DNA of 64,000 bases, taken from NCBI GenBank assembly GCA_964016885.1, contig OZ024742.1, forward strand, positions 183,582,001-183,646,000, given 5' to 3'. Positions 41,683-61,400 of this stretch are shown in pieces (positions within the stretch are counted from its first letter, which is position 1; each line of letters opens with the position of its first letter). Under the pieces are notes generated by a model, which did not search any database, was not told the origin of the DNA, and saw only the letters and a list, made by a program, of their open reading frames with translations. The DNA comes from Eledone cirrhosa (lineage: Eukaryota). The translations under genes were made by a program, and so were the position numbers.

Positions 41683-42260
41683 AAAACATCAGGAACGGGA
41701 AAGGATGGTAAGAGCTCTGGTGTCGCAGAAGAGAGGGGAGGAGTGAAGCTGGAGGGTCATTGGGCTTTGGGCCTTGGGCAAGGGGACAGAAGTGCTGCAC
41801 CCCGCTGACAAGACGACAAAAGCATTCCCCCGGACAATGGCCAGTGACACCCGCTCTAACAGCTACCCAGCCTCGTGAGGCTCCCTCCTCAGATGGGCCG
41901 CCAACGCTCCGATCTTGCGGAGGAGCTGGGCAGTACGGGGTCCAAGTACGGGGCCTGAGTTCTCGACGGCGACCGGTGCGAAGCGGATGCGGCCTGACAA
42001 ACCCCGGTATTTGTTTATTTTACGTTCTTCTGTGAGGCGGGATGCGATGCCGGGATTTGTAGCCGAAGAGACTAAGCTGGAGGCAGAGAACGTGTTGCAG
42101 CAGGTGGCGTCCCAGATGAGGGATCTACCTCCTTCGAATGGGAAGAGGGTGATTCCGTTGAGAGCTTGCCATCTCCGTGGTCAAGGCCTGCTGGCTCCAG
42201 TTGAGATGGAAAGCCATCTGCGTCCAGGCTTCTGAATATGTCGTTAAGAGCGGCGTGTCG
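41490..42260 (-). mobile_element. CRE-clade-like non-LTR retrotransposon 3' remnant with restriction-like endonuclease domain
   Basis: Minus strand: RHAALND..EPAGLDHGDGK..GITLFPFEGGRSLIWDATCCNT..EERKINKYRGL..FAPVAVENSG..LERVSLAIVRGNA, the RH/PD-D/KxxKY RLE signature. Contains frameshifts and a stop. Confidence 0.8.
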
Positions 42261-43176
42261 GTTAGCTCTTGCCGTTTCAACAGCTAGTCCAGAACTACCT
42301 GTTGAAACGGCAAGAGCTCAGCCGTCCTGTCCCGACTCTTTATTATATATATATATATATATTTAATACAATAACAGAGATAGTTTAAAGCTAAACTCTG
42401 ACTGGTAACCATCTCACTCAACAAACACTAGGTTATATTAAAATATAAACCCAATTTAAGTGTTTGGGGTGCTAACAATATGTATAATGTGGAAAAACCA
42501 GTTGTATTATTTTATGAGATATAATTAAAGTTAAAGTATATCTCTCTTTCCAAACAATTGTTTCATTATAAGTTTTCTACAAGTTTGGGAGAATGTTTCC
42601 AGTTTATGTAGAAGCCTAATATATATTCATGTAAGAATATATTTAGGTGGGCACTTATAAATCGTCAGTGGAAGCCCATTAAACATTGATATAAGAAAAC
42701 AATTTCTTACCGCTGTCAAAAATCATGTCCGTAAAGTTTGTCTCTCTCACCTCGAATGACCGCTAAATTTGAAATTCCAGCAGTTTTTGACTGAGGAAGT
42801 ATCATAGCGACACGAAGCGGGAAGGGGAGACAACCCACGAAATGAGGAAAAAAATAATAATATACACGCGGGTTAATTAGTTTTTTTGAAAACATTATCA
42901 ATCCAACGTGTTTAAGAACTCAATTGAAAATAAAAAAATAAATATATGCTTGTATAAATTACACACGCATATAGATATTTTCTTAGGCTAAATCAGAAGT
43001 TGTACCCGAATAAGAACCGCTTCTCATAACCGCAGTAAATGCAGAAAGTTATGCTATAAAGGGCAAATGGGAATATAATTCTCCGGCCGAATTATTAAGA
43101 GTAAAATATAAAACACACGTGGGTTAATTAGTTATTTCAAAACCAATATTAATTCCTCGTGTAAAGAACTCAATTA

Positions 43177-43241
<65 letters not shown>

Positions 43242-43438
43242 AGTGTGTGTGTTTGTGTCTATTATATGGATATGGATATATATATATTCGCACAAACAAG
43301 TGCACTTAATAATGATCTATCTATGTTTTTTTTTCATTAATAAACGATTACTGAAAATAACAGACATGTTTCAATGTGTAAGATAAATTCAAATATTTCT
43401 CGTGAAAATATTGACTGTGGGCTCAAAGTTTTTTGTGT

Positions 43439-43545
<107 letters not shown>

Positions 43546-44189
43546 CATACAGAACTTCTATACGATAGCGAAAATCCATCGATATCTAAAGGAAAGAATA
43601 GCTGATAACCAGTAACTGTTTGTTTGTTCCGTTTGTATCGTTACACAAAACATTTATAATTATCACTTATTTCTGCCAAAATTTCCATCACCCTGTTTGC
43701 GATCTGGTCACTAACACAATTCCACGCCACAAAGTATAAAAAACATTTTGAAACAAATAAATAAATGATAAATGTAAGGTGAATTTAAGAGTTTTGTGTT
43801 CATCGCCTAATGGTTATGGTGTTGGACTCACGATCTTAAGGTCGCGGAGTCTTTGTGTTCATTTGCAATATATTTTTCTGGTATCAGCAACGGAAAAACC
43901 ACGGGAAGCATTGCTTCCTTGAGTCGATCCGAAAACCGACTATCTCTTTTCCTTTTAATAAAATTACTTTTTTATAGTCTAATTGCAATATTTGAGTCAT
44001 TGTATTTTGAATATACGGGATAGTTTTCTGGGTACACATGAGAGACCATTAATCACGATAACGTGTTATTGGTGGGGGAAAATGAGATAAATCCTAAAGC
44101 GTATACTAAACCTTGGAGAAGAATTACATCTTAGAAAACTTCTTGTTATTGTGTGATTAACTGTTGTTTGAAACGTTTGGGAAGACACA

Positions 44190-44610
44190 TATCTTACTGT
44201 TTAGGGACGTTCAACTGACGATCTTGAAGTCCCGAGGTCGATCAACGGAGGCACATTGTGTTCTTGAGCAAGACACTTTATTTCATATCACTCCAATTCA
44301 TTCACCTGGTAAAAATAAGTTGTTCAAGGGCCAGCCCCTGTTTCACGTTGAATCTTCCCGTGATCTATTATAAGGGTGCACGTGTCCGAGAAATGCTCAA
44401 CAATTTGCACGTTAATTTGACGAGCTGGCTGTTGTAGTTGTTCAAACAACTGGAACACGCGTCGCGGAAACCGACGGAGATCCAGCGTCATTTGAATTTT
44501 AGGCCAACTGGAACACTCGCCGACGGAACCGATGGAAATCCAGCTTTGTGTGAATATTCGACCAACTGGAACACTCGTCGTCGGAACCGACGGAGGTCCC
44601 AGCTTCATGT
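44190..44610 (+). mobile_element. Degenerate CORE-type SINE with a triplicated 3' segment
   Basis: TGTGTTCTTGAGCAAGACACTTTATTTCA; three copies of CAACTGGAACAC.CG.CG.CGGAACCGA.GGA at 44447-44600. Confidence 0.6.
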
Positions 44611-45032
44611 GAATGAGTGAAAGAAAGTGAAAGGAAGCGGTGATATTAAAAAGAGTGTGGAAAGGTTTGTTAATGAGGCCTGTAATAGAGCAGTCAGAGG
44701 AGGAAAAATCAGTCAAGTGAAAAGTGAAAAGGAGTCTGGTGGGTTTGTTAGCTGAGCGGCACAGTATATAAATACATTGTTTACATTGCTCTTTAGAGCA
44801 TTTAGTTTGTCTAGACATTTATACTTTTATCATGGCGTAAATCTATAGCTGTTTACTAATGTTAAACAAAATGGTCAAAATAAAGAAACTTATTTTTGTT
44901 AGCAAGCTTCGATGGCATGTCTCTTTATAACACAAAATATTCCATCACTATTTCTTAAACCATTTACGAATTACTTATACAGTATCTCCTTATATTTTAC
45001 CAACCTGAATGGTCAACAAGCTAATTGCGAGT

Positions 45033-45105
<73 letters not shown>

Positions 45106-45106
45106 G

Positions 45107-45200
45107 TAGGGGGTGTCCCAAAAAATGTTTCCACACTTTGATTACCTGTACAGGCAATATTTATAAGAATGGTGTATACATTAGTTTGGGAAACCCTGTA
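45107..45200. mobile_element. Short Tc1/mariner MITE
   Basis: TA-GGGGGTGTCCCAAA .. TTTGGGAAACCCTG-TA terminal inverted repeats. Confidence 0.6.
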
Positions 45201-45255
45201 TATATATTGCTTATATATATATATATATGTTAAAAAAAAAAAAACTCAAAATAAC

Positions 45256-45298
<43 letters not shown>

Positions 45299-45735
45299 CG
45301 GAACAACAACATCAACTGCCACCACCACCACCACCGCCACCGCCGTCGCCATCACCATCACCAGCGACCTTAAGAACAACTTTAATAATAATTTTTCTGC
45401 TTTTGGCACGGATCCAGCGACTGGCCAGCGCATCACTGGTACTCTCTTTTGTTGACTCCGTGGAGAGCCATAACTCTATGCTGTAAAGCAATTATAGTAA
45501 TACTGGACTGTAATACGATCGGCTTCAACTATACAAACTCTTGAAAGTCAACAGTTGACATAATCTGGTAATCTTGTATCAGTAATGACGGTAATATATA
45601 TATATATATGTGTGTGTGTGTGCGTGTAAGTGAGTAGAGTAGCGTGTGTGTGTGTTTGTTGTGTGTGTGAGTGTTGCTGTGTGCACGCATATGTATGCGT
45701 GTGTGTGTATGTCGTACGTATAAGTGTCAATAAGT

Positions 45736-49998
<4,263 letters not shown>

Positions 49999-50255
49999 TT
50001 ATATTCACGGAAGATCCCGTAAAAGGGTGAAAGAAGCGATTATTTGCTTAAACTTTAATCCGTACTTATAATAATTATTTGCTCTATGGGATTTTATATA
50101 TATATTTTATATAGAATATATATATAACCCTTATCGAGCCCTCTTTGGATTTTAGTCTTCACATTTATTATTACTATATATATATATATATATATATATT
50201 TCGTTTCTGAATTTGTTTAGCAAGATTCTTTATCTGAAATCGTGTGTTGAAACCG

Positions 50256-50315
50256 ATATTGTTATACTTTGGGAGGGTCATGTTGCCTATTGGCAACATG
50301 ACCCTCCCAAAGTAT

Positions 50316-50323
<8 letters not shown>
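50256..50323. repeat. Perfect 32-bp fold-back hairpin abutting (TA)n
   Basis: ATATTGTTATACTTTGGGAGGGTCATGTTGCC-TATT-reverse complement. Confidence 0.9.
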
Positions 50324-50373
<50 letters not shown>

Positions 50374-50567
50374 GCGTTGGGAATATTTGAAATTCTTCGA
50401 CGAAGGGAGCCAAACTCAGAAAATAACTAGCTAAATTCGATTGCTATAAACAATAGATTAGGGATTTGAGAAAAGTACCCCTTGAGATGGGAAAAGAGGA
50501 CAAGCAATTAACTGTGGCTTCAGTTATGTACTATGTTTGAGATTCCTACATCTTGTAATTTATATAT

Positions 50568-50669
<102 letters not shown>

Positions 50670-50779
50670 ACACACACATGTATATAGTATATTACATTAT
50701 ATTATTTAATTTTGTTCGTAAACTGAATAAAAGTGATAATTGGGTCGATTATGACCATACATCTATATCTATGGGCCTT

Positions 50780-51028
50780 CACTGTACATCAGACTATAGT
50801 TGAGGAAGATGAAAGACCAAGGGAGCACCCCTTCTCTGTGCTCCCGAGGAAAAGGGTTGCACACTTTTTTTCGGGGGTGTGTGCGACCCCCCAAGGCGCC
50901 TCCTCTATATTGAGGACTTTGTTATAAATTTTATTTTTTGTTATATTTTATTTTATTTTTATATATTTGTAAACTCCCCCATTGTACTTGTCCCACTTTT
51001 GATGCCCTGGTGGCAAATAAAAGAAACA
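50780..51028 (+). mobile_element. Probable LINE (Tx1-like) 3'UTR ending in an (ATCT)n/(AT)n tract
   Basis: Ends TGTCCCACTTTTGATGCCCTGGTGGCAAATAAAAGAAAC, similar in form to the 14812 3' end. Confidence 0.4.
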
Positions 51029-51056
51029 TATCTATCTATCTATCTATATATCTATC

Positions 51057-51089
<33 letters not shown>

Positions 51090-51090
<1 letters not shown>

Positions 51091-51469
51091 CACATCTCCC
51101 CTCTTCCGACCAACCCAACCACGGATTACACACATTGGACATCGCTCCCACGAATCAACTCCATCACTAGGAAAATATCCGGCATCCCACCACACCCTCT
51201 ACGGAACTACCTTAGGAACTTACCCACGGACATACACTCACAAACATTTTTTTTTCCCACACGCCACTCACATCCAAAATACGTATAAATACCACCCACA
51301 CTAGCGTACCCCCACATATTTACACACTCAGCCTCCGGAATCCTCTCCCTCCTCCCCAACCCCTCCTCCCCACCCCCATCCACACACGCAAACACACACA
51401 CCTTCCTACACCCGACTCCACACACATTTTTTCCTGAACAAGGAACCCCGTTCTTCCCCCAACTCTCAT

Positions 51470-51503
<34 letters not shown>

Positions 51504-51866
51504 ACACCTACACACACCACCTTCAGCCCTCCCCGCTCGGACACCCCGCCTCCCTCTCCCCACCCCACCCGTCATCACCCCTACACGCCCCACACCCTTC
51601 CATCACTTGTTTATCTTCATGTTTATTTTAAATTTTATTATGTTTTTCTATTTATTTTCATTTGTAGCCCTTCCACCGTTTCCTGTCACCCCCTTTTTTC
51701 TAAATGTTTCTCCCCCATTCCCCTTACATACCCTCGGAACTCTCTTCCCACACACTTTTCGCCTGAAGAAGGGCTTATGCCCGAAACGTCGCCCCCCACT
51801 CTCAAGAGCGTGAAACTAATAAACCTTTGTTTGTACTGCCTCTCTGTTTTGTTCCCGTTCCATTTT

Positions 51867-51870
<4 letters not shown>
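51090..51870 (+). mobile_element. Penelope-like element 3' remnant with a minimal hammerhead (51760-51793)
   Basis: CTGAAGA-AGGGC TTAT GCCC-GAAACGTC, then AATAAA and (TA)n; bounded by (TA)n on both sides. Confidence 0.7.
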
Positions 51871-51907
<37 letters not shown>

Positions 51908-51957
51908 CTATGTATCTATATATATATCTATGTATCTATCTATATATATAGATATAA

Positions 51958-52014
<57 letters not shown>

Positions 52015-52413
52015 TATATATATATATATATACATATACATTTATATAAGTTATATTGATATATAACAAGATATATATCAATATAGAAACTACCAATATT
52101 TTGTACATGCATACCTGCTTATGAGGAGATAGTAATTGCTGAAATGCGTAAAGATTTTAGCTTAAATGTTTCTTTCTGTGGACAGAGGAGGAAAATGGAA
52201 AGTGATTACACTTCAATCTTTTCAAAATGAGACTTATAATTAGGAAAAAGCTGTAGTCATAGCTTCATTAAATTCATCTTAAATCTGCAAATAGTCGCTG
52301 CATTTTGCATAAATATTTATTTTACACACACTCACACACACACACTGACTCTCTCCCTCTCTCTCTCACACACACACAAATACATACATGCACACACATG
52401 CGTGTATATATGT

Positions 52414-52454
<41 letters not shown>

Positions 52455-52539
52455 AATACACACTAACACACATGTATGTAGCGATGGAAAAGGAAAAAAG
52501 CGTTCTCTCTGTATAAAAGAGCTAAATTATTTTTTATAG

Positions 52540-53090
<551 letters not shown>

Positions 53091-53235
53091 TAAAATATTA
53101 AACAAATAATGAACAAACAATTCCTTATATTAAACAAAAAAAGTTCACTATTTAACGATCAGATCGTTAAATAGTGAACTTTTTTTGTTTAATATAAGGA
53201 ATGAATTGTTTGTTCATTATTTGTTTAATATTTTA
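53091..53235. repeat. ~70-bp fold-back hairpin abutting (TA)n
   Basis: ..GTTCACTATTTAACGATC-A-GATCGTTAAATAGTGAAC..; one small indel in the right arm. Confidence 0.9.
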
Positions 53236-53365
53236 TCTTGACTCTGTATACCGTTTATCTTTCACCGAAATTGGATTTTCATTACATCTCTTCTTTCCAT
53301 GATATCCGGAATACATTGAGTTCTTCATACGGATTGGATACTACCGTAAACTCTTGGTAGATTTA

Positions 53366-53401
<36 letters not shown>

Positions 53402-53459
53402 ACACATAATATCAAAAGAAAAAATCAAATATCGTGAGAAAAACAACCAAAAAACTAAA

Positions 53460-53650
53460 TAATTGTTCTACTTTAGGCACAAGGCCAGAAAATTACCCAG
53501 TACATTACTGGTACTTTATTTTATCGACCCCGTAAGGATGAAAGGCAAAGTTAACCTCGGCGGGATTTGAACTCAGAATGGCAAGGGCCGTAACTCTATG
53601 CGTCAAAGCATGGCGTCCGAACCTCTACCGATACTGCCAATCCACCGCCA
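53460..53650 (-). mobile_element. tRNA-derived Deu/Nin-type SINE
   Basis: Full reverse-complement copy. Confidence 0.9.
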
Positions 53651-53959
53651 TTCAATCCACCAAAAAAGTAAATAATATGTGAGAGAATGAAGAAAATCAT
53701 TTGTAGATGTGTGTGGAATGTGGTGGGGTATGGTGTAGGGTGAGGTGTATGAATGGGAAATGGAGTGGTTATAGGGGAGCATGGATGAGGGGTGGGGGCA
53801 GAGATGGGTTGAGGTGGTGATGGACTGGTTGGGAGTGATGTGGGTATATGGGAAATAGAGATGGGTTGAGGTGGATAGGGAATGGAAGAATGAATATGGG
53901 AGGAGGGAAGAAAAGAAGCAGAAATGCAGACTCTCGGTAACACAGTAGCAACAGCGCTA

Positions 53960-54088
53960 GTTGTAGTAGTGGTGGTGGTGGTGGTGGTGGTGGTGGTGGT
54001 GGTGGGAGTAGTAGTAGTAGTAGTAGTGGTGGTGGTGGTAGTGGTAGTAGTAGTAGTAGTGGTGGTGGTGGTGGTGGTGGTGGTAGTG

Positions 54089-54120
<32 letters not shown>

Positions 54121-54265
54121 GGTGGTGGGAGTAGTAGTAGTGGTGGTGGTGGTGGTGGTGGTGGTGGTGGTGGTGGTGGTGGTGGTGGTGGTGGTGGTGG
54201 TGGTGGTGGTGGTGGTAGTGGTAGTAGTAGTAGTAGTGGTGGTGGTGGTGGTGGTGGTGGTAGTG

Positions 54266-54297
<32 letters not shown>

Positions 54298-55569
54298 GGT
54301 GGTGGGAGTAGTAGTAGTAGTGGTGGTGGTGGTGGTGGTGGTGGTGGTGGTGGTGGTGGTGGTGGTGGCGGTGGTGGTGGTGGTGGTGGTGGTGGGAGTA
54401 GTAGTAGTGGTGGTGGTGGTGGTGGTGGTGGTGGGAGTAGTAGTAGTGGTGGTGGTGGTGGCGGTGGTGGTGGTGGTGGTGGTGGTGGGAGTAGTAGTAG
54501 TGGTGGTGGTGGTGGTGGTGGTGGTAGTAGTAGTAGTAGTGGTGGTGGTGGTGGCGGTGGTGGTAGTGGTAGTAGTAGTAGTAGTTGTGGTGGTGGTGGT
54601 GGTGGTAGTGGTAGTAGTAGTAGTAGTAGTGGTGGTGGTGGTGGTGGTGGCGGTGGTGGGTGTGGTGGTGGTAGTGGTAGTGGTAGTAGTAGTAGTAGTA
54701 GTGGTGGTGGTGGTGGTAGTAGTAGTGGTAGTAGTAGTAGTTGTGGTGGTGGTGGTGGTGGTAGTACTGGTAGTAGTAGTAGTAGTGGTGGTGGTGGTGG
54801 TGGTGGTTGTCGTCGTGGTCGTGGTGGTGGTGGTGGTGGTGGTAGTAGTAGTAGTAGTAGTGGTGGTGGTGGTGGTGGTGGTGGTGGTGGGCGTGGTGGT
54901 AGTAGAAGTGGTAGTAGTAGTAGTGGTGGTGGTTGTGGTGATGTCGATGGTGGGGGTAGTGGTAGTAGTAGTAGTATGAAGAGGGGGAGTAGGAGGAGTG
55001 TGGGGGGGGGGGGGGGGTAGTGGCGACAAAAACGACGTCGATAATGTTGATGTCGAAGAAGGAAGGAGAAAAGAAGAAGAAAAAGAAGAAAGTAAATGAA
55101 GAAAGAGAAGAAGAATAAAGAAAAAAGAAGGTAAAAAAGAAAAAAAGAAGTGGAAGAAAATAAAAAAGACAAAAAAAGAAGAAAAAAGAAAAACGAAGAA
55201 GAAAACAAGAAGAAGAAGAAGAAAACGAAGAAGAAAAAGAAAACGAAGGAGAAAAAAGATGAAAACGAAGAAGAAGGTAAAAGAAAAAGAAAAAGAAAAA
55301 GAAAAAGAAAAAGAAAAAGAAGGAAAAACGAGAAGAAAAAAAGCAGAGGATAAAAAGAAGAAAAAAAGATGAGAAAGAAGAAAATAAAACAGAAAAAGAA
55401 AAGGAAGGAAGAAGAAGAAGAAAAAAGAAGAAAGAAGAAGAAAGAAGAAGAAGAAGAGGAAGAAGAAGAAGAAGAAAAAGAAGAAAAAGAAGAAGAAGAA
55501 GAAAAAGAAGAAAAAGAAGAAGAAGAAGAAGAGGAAAAAGAAGAAAAAGAAGAAGAAGAAGAAGAAGAA

Positions 55570-55601
<32 letters not shown>

Positions 55602-57448
55602 AGAAGAAGTAGAAGAAAAAGAAGAAGAAGAAGAAGAAGAAGAAGAAGGAAAAAAGAAGAAGAGGAAGAAGAAGAAGAAGTAAAAGAAAAAGAAGAAGAA
55701 GAAGAAGAAGAAGAAGACAAGATGATCAATAAAAGACTAGTGATGAGACACGTGAAAGTCATGTCATGCTGATGTTGATGTTTGTAGCTGTCTTGTATTA
55801 TCAACAGCACTACTGCTGTCTGGTGGTGTGGTGGTGGTGTGGTGGTGTGGTGGTGGTGTGGTGTGGTGGGGGTGTGGTGGGGGTGTGGTGTGGTGGTGGT
55901 GTGGTGGTAGTGTGGTGGGGGTGTGGTGGTGTGGTGAGGGTGTGGGGGTGTGGTGAGGGTGTGGTGGTGTGGTGGTGTTGTGGTGGTGTGGTGGTGTGGT
56001 GGTGTGGTGGTGGTGTGGTGGTAGTGTGGTGGTGGTGTGGTGGGGGTGGGGGTGTGGGGGTGGGGGGTGGGGGTGGTGTGGTGGTGGTGGTGTGGTGGTG
56101 TGGTGGTAGTGTGGTGGTGTGGTGGTAGTGTGGTGGTGTGGTGGTGGTGTGGTGGGGATGTGGTGGGGTGCGGTGGGGGTGTGGTGGGGGTGTGGTGGGG
56201 GTGTGATGGTAGTGTGGTGGTGTGGTGTTGTGGTGGTGGTGGTGTAGTGTGGTGGTGTTGGTGTGGTGTTGGTGGTGTGTTGGTGTGTGGTGGTGGTGGT
56301 GTGGTGTAGTGTGGTGGTGGTGGTGGTGTGGTGTGGTGTGGTGGTGTGTGGTGTGGTGGTGGTGTGGTGGTGTGGTGTAGTGTGGTGGTAGTGGTCGTGT
56401 TGTGTGGTGTGTGGTGTGGTGTGGTGGTATGGTGGTGTGGTGGTGTGGTGGTGTGGTGTAGTGTGGTGGTAGTGGTGGTGTTGTGTGGTGTGTGGTGTGG
56501 TGTAGTGTGGTGGTGGTGGTGGTGGTGTGGTGGTGTGGTGTAGTGTGGTGGTAGTGGTGGTGTTGTGTGGTGTGTGGTGTGGTGTAGTGTGGTGGTGGTG
56601 GTGGTGGTGGTGTGGTGTAGTGTGGTGGTAGTGGTGGTAGTGGTGTCGTGTGGTGGTAGTGGTTGTGTTGTGTGTTGTGGTGGTGTGGTGTAGTGTGGTG
56701 GTAGTGGTGTAGTGTTGTGGTAGTGGTGGTGTTGTGTGGTGTGTGGTGTAGTGTAGTGGTGGTGGTGTGGTGTGGTCTGGTGGTGGTGTGGTGGTGTGGT
56801 GGTGTGGTGTAGTGTGGTGGTAGTGGTGTCGTGTGGTGGTAGTGGTTGTGTTGTGTGGTGTGGTGTAGTCTGGTGGTAGTGGTGTCGTGTGGTGGTGTGG
56901 GGTGTGTGGTGATGTGGTGTGGTGGTGTGGTGGAGTGGTGTCGTTTTGGTGTAGTGTGGTGGTGTGGTGTAGTGTGGTGGTGTGGTGGTGTGTGGTGGAG
57001 GTGTGGTGGAGGTGTGGTGGAGTGGTGTGCTGTGGTGTAGTGTGGTGGTAGTGGTGTAGTGTGGTGGTAGTGGTGGTGTAGTGTGGTGTGTGGTGTGGTG
57101 GTGTGTGGTGGTGTGGTGGTATGGTGGTGTGGTGGTGTGGTGGAATGGTGTGGTGTGGTGGTAGTGGTGTAGAGTGGTGGTAGTGGTGGTGTGTGTGGGG
57201 GGTGGGGTGGGGGTGGGGGTGGGGGATGTGTGGGGGTGGGGTGGGGTGTGGTGTCGTGTTGTGGGGGGGGGGTGTAGTGGTGTGGGGGGGTTGTGTGGTG
57301 TGGTGTGTGGTAGTGTGGTAGTGGTGTGGGTTGGTGGTAGTTGGTGGTGGTGTGGTAGTATAGGGTGCTGTGGTGGTGTGGTGGTGGTGGTGTGTTGATA
57401 GTGTGGTGTGGTGGTAGTGAAGTGGTGTTGTGGAGATGGGGTCTACTG

Positions 57449-57493
<45 letters not shown>

Positions 57494-58700
57494 TACTACT
57501 GCTGTTGCTGCTGCGATTGCTGCCACTAACATATACACACACATGTACACACACACACATATATATATATATGCACGATGGCAACAACATACGTAGCTAG
57601 TGCTACTGCTGCTGCTGTTGCTGTTGTTACTACTACTACTACTACTACTACTACTTTGCTGCTGCTGCTGCAATAGACCTTGAAGCCATCGAACGAAATT
57701 GCGCTAGCGGCTAAAACTAGAATGATGGCGTGAACAACAACAGCAGCAGCGCCCTCTGTTGGCTGAGTTGCTGCCTTTCCTTGTAGCACACACACAACAC
57801 ACATACTTACACACATACACACACACACACACACATACACACTCTCTCTCTCTCCCACTCCATCTCATAAACACACACACAGAGTAAAAAGGTCGGTGGT
57901 AAACCACACCATACCACACCTCTTCGCACCAAACTAGACCGCACCACACCAGACCACACCCCACCGCACACCACCAGACCACACCAGACCACACCACACC
58001 TCACCAGACTACACCACACCACACCTCCCCAGACTACACCCCCACCACAGGCCACTAGACCACACCACACCACACGCCACCAGACTACACCACACCTCAC
58101 CAGACTACACCCCATCACACGCCATCAGACTATACCACACCTCATCAGACTACACCCCATCACACGCCACTAGACCACACCACACCACACACCTGCACAC
58201 CACTCCACACTACACCACACCACTACATCACAGTACACCACACCACAACACTCCACACAACACCATACAACACCACCATACCATACTACTCCCCACTACA
58301 ACACACCACACCACACAGCACTAGACCACAGTACAACACACCACATTAAAACGCACCACAACACAGCACCATACAACAGTACACCACACCCCACACCACA
58401 ATACATTGCACACCATTACAACCCACCACACTTCACTACACCATCCCACACTTCACTACATCACACTACACCCTACCACCCTACCTCCGCCACAACCCCA
58501 CAGCACTACACCATAGTACAACACACCACCACACCCCACACTATCAGACCACACCACACTGCATTACACTGCACCACACCACGCTACTCCCCACCACAAC
58601 ACCACAACACTACACCACAGTACAACACACCACACCACGCCTTACTCTACCAGACCACACCACGTTACAACTCACCACACTACACCACACCACCAACCAC
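53960..58700. repeat. Series of simple-repeat fields: (GGT/AGT)n 53960-54975, (GAA)n 55055-55720, GT-rich (GTG/GTGTG) 55820-57420, CA-rich 57900-58700
   Basis: Directly visible. Confidence 0.95.
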
Positions 58701-58714
58701 AGTACACCATACCA

Positions 58715-61400
58715 CACTACATTACACTACACCACACCCCGCACCACATGACACTACACTACATGACACTACACCACACCCCACACCACATGACACTACA
58801 CTACATGACACTACACCACACCCCACACCACATGACACTACACTACATTACACTACACCACACCCCACACCACATGACACTACACTACATGACACTACAC
58901 CACACCCCACACCACATGACACTACGCTACATTACACTACACCACACCCCCGCACCACATGACACTACACTACATTACACTACACCACACCCCACACCAC
59001 ATGACACTACACTACATTACACTACACCACACCCCACACTACATGACACTCCACTACATTACACTACACCACACCCCGCACCACATGACACTACACTACA
59101 TTACACTACACCACACCCCACACTACATGACACTCCACTACATTACACTACACCACACCCCACACCACATGACACTACACTACATTACACTACACCACAC
59201 CCCACACCACATGACACTACACTACATTACACTACACCACACCCCACACCACATGACACTACACTACATTACACTACACCATACCCCACACCACATGACA
59301 CTACACTACATTACACTACACCACACCCCACACCACATGACACTACACTACATTACACTACACCACACCCCACACTACATGACACTACACTACATTACAC
59401 TACACCACACCCCCGCACCACATGACACTACACTACATTACACTACACCACACCCCCCACACCACATGACACTACACTACATTACACTACACCACACCCC
59501 CGCACCACATGACACTACACTACATTACACTACACCACACCCCCCACACCACATGACACTACACTACATTACACTACACCACACCCCACACCACATGACA
59601 CTACACTACATTACACTACACCACACCCCACACCACATGACACTACACTACATTACACTACACCACACCCCACACCACATGACACTACACTACATTACAC
59701 TACACCACACCGCACACCACATGACACTACACTACATTACACTACACCACACCCCCGCACCACATGACACTACACTACATTACACTACACCACACCCCCC
59801 ACACCACATGACACTACACTACATTACACTACACCACACCCCACACCACATGACACTACACTACATTACACTACACCACACCCCACACCACATGACACTA
59901 CACTACATTACACTACTCCACACCCCACACCACATGACACTACACTACATTACACTACACCACACCGCACACCACATGACACTACACTACATTACACTAC
60001 ACCACACCCCACACCACATGACACTACACTACATTACACTACACCACACCCCACACCACATGACACTACACTACATTACACTACACCACACCGCACACCA
60101 CATGACACTCCACTACACTACACCATACCACACCCCACACCACATGACACTACACTACATTACACTACACCACACCCCACACCACATGACACTACACTAC
60201 ATTACACTACACCACACCCCACACCACATGACACTACACTACATTACACTACACCACACCGCACACCACATGACACTCCACTACACTACACCATACCACA
60301 CCCCACACCACATGACACTACACTACATTACACTACACCACACCCCACACCACATGACACTACACTACATTACACTACACCACACCCCACACCACATGAC
60401 ACTACACTACATTACACTACACCACACCGCACACCAGATGACACTACACTACATTACACTACACCACACCGCACACCACATGACACTCCACTACACTACA
60501 CCATACCACACCCCACACCACATGACACTACACTACATTACACTACATCACACCCCACACCACATGACACTACACTACATTACACTACACCACACCGCAC
60601 ACCACATGACACTCCACTACACTACACCATACCACACCCCACACCCCACACCACATGACACTACACTACATTACACTACACCACACCCCACACCACATGA
60701 CACTACACTACATTACACTACACCACACCCCACACCACATGACACTACACTACATTACACTACACCACACCCCACACCACATGACACTACACTACATTAC
60801 ACTACACCACACCGCACACCACATGACACTCCACTACACTACACCATACCACACCCCACACCACATGACACTACACTACATTACACTACACCACACCCCA
60901 CACCACATGACACTACACTACATTACACTACACCACACCCCACACCACATGACACTACACTACATTACACTACACCACACCGCACACCACATGACACTCC
61001 ACTACACTACACCATACCACACCCCACACCACATGACACTACACTATATTACACTACACCACACCCCACACCACATGACACTACACTACATTACACTACA
61101 CCACACCCCACACCACATGACACTACACTACATTACACTACACCACACCGCACACCACATGACACTCCACTACATTACACTACACCACACCGCACACCAC
61201 ATGACACTCCACTACACTACACTACACCACACCCCACACCACATGACACTACACTACATTACACTACACCACACCCCACACCACATGACACTACACTACA
61301 TTACACTACACCACACCCCACACCACATGACACTACACTACATTACACTACACCACACCCCACACCACATGACACTCCACTACACTACACCATACCACAC
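58715..61400. repeat. 42-bp minisatellite (CCACACCACATGACACTACACTACATTACACTACACCACACC)
   Basis: About 60 or more tandem units; gives the 14-residue periodic pseudo-ORFs. Confidence 0.95.
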
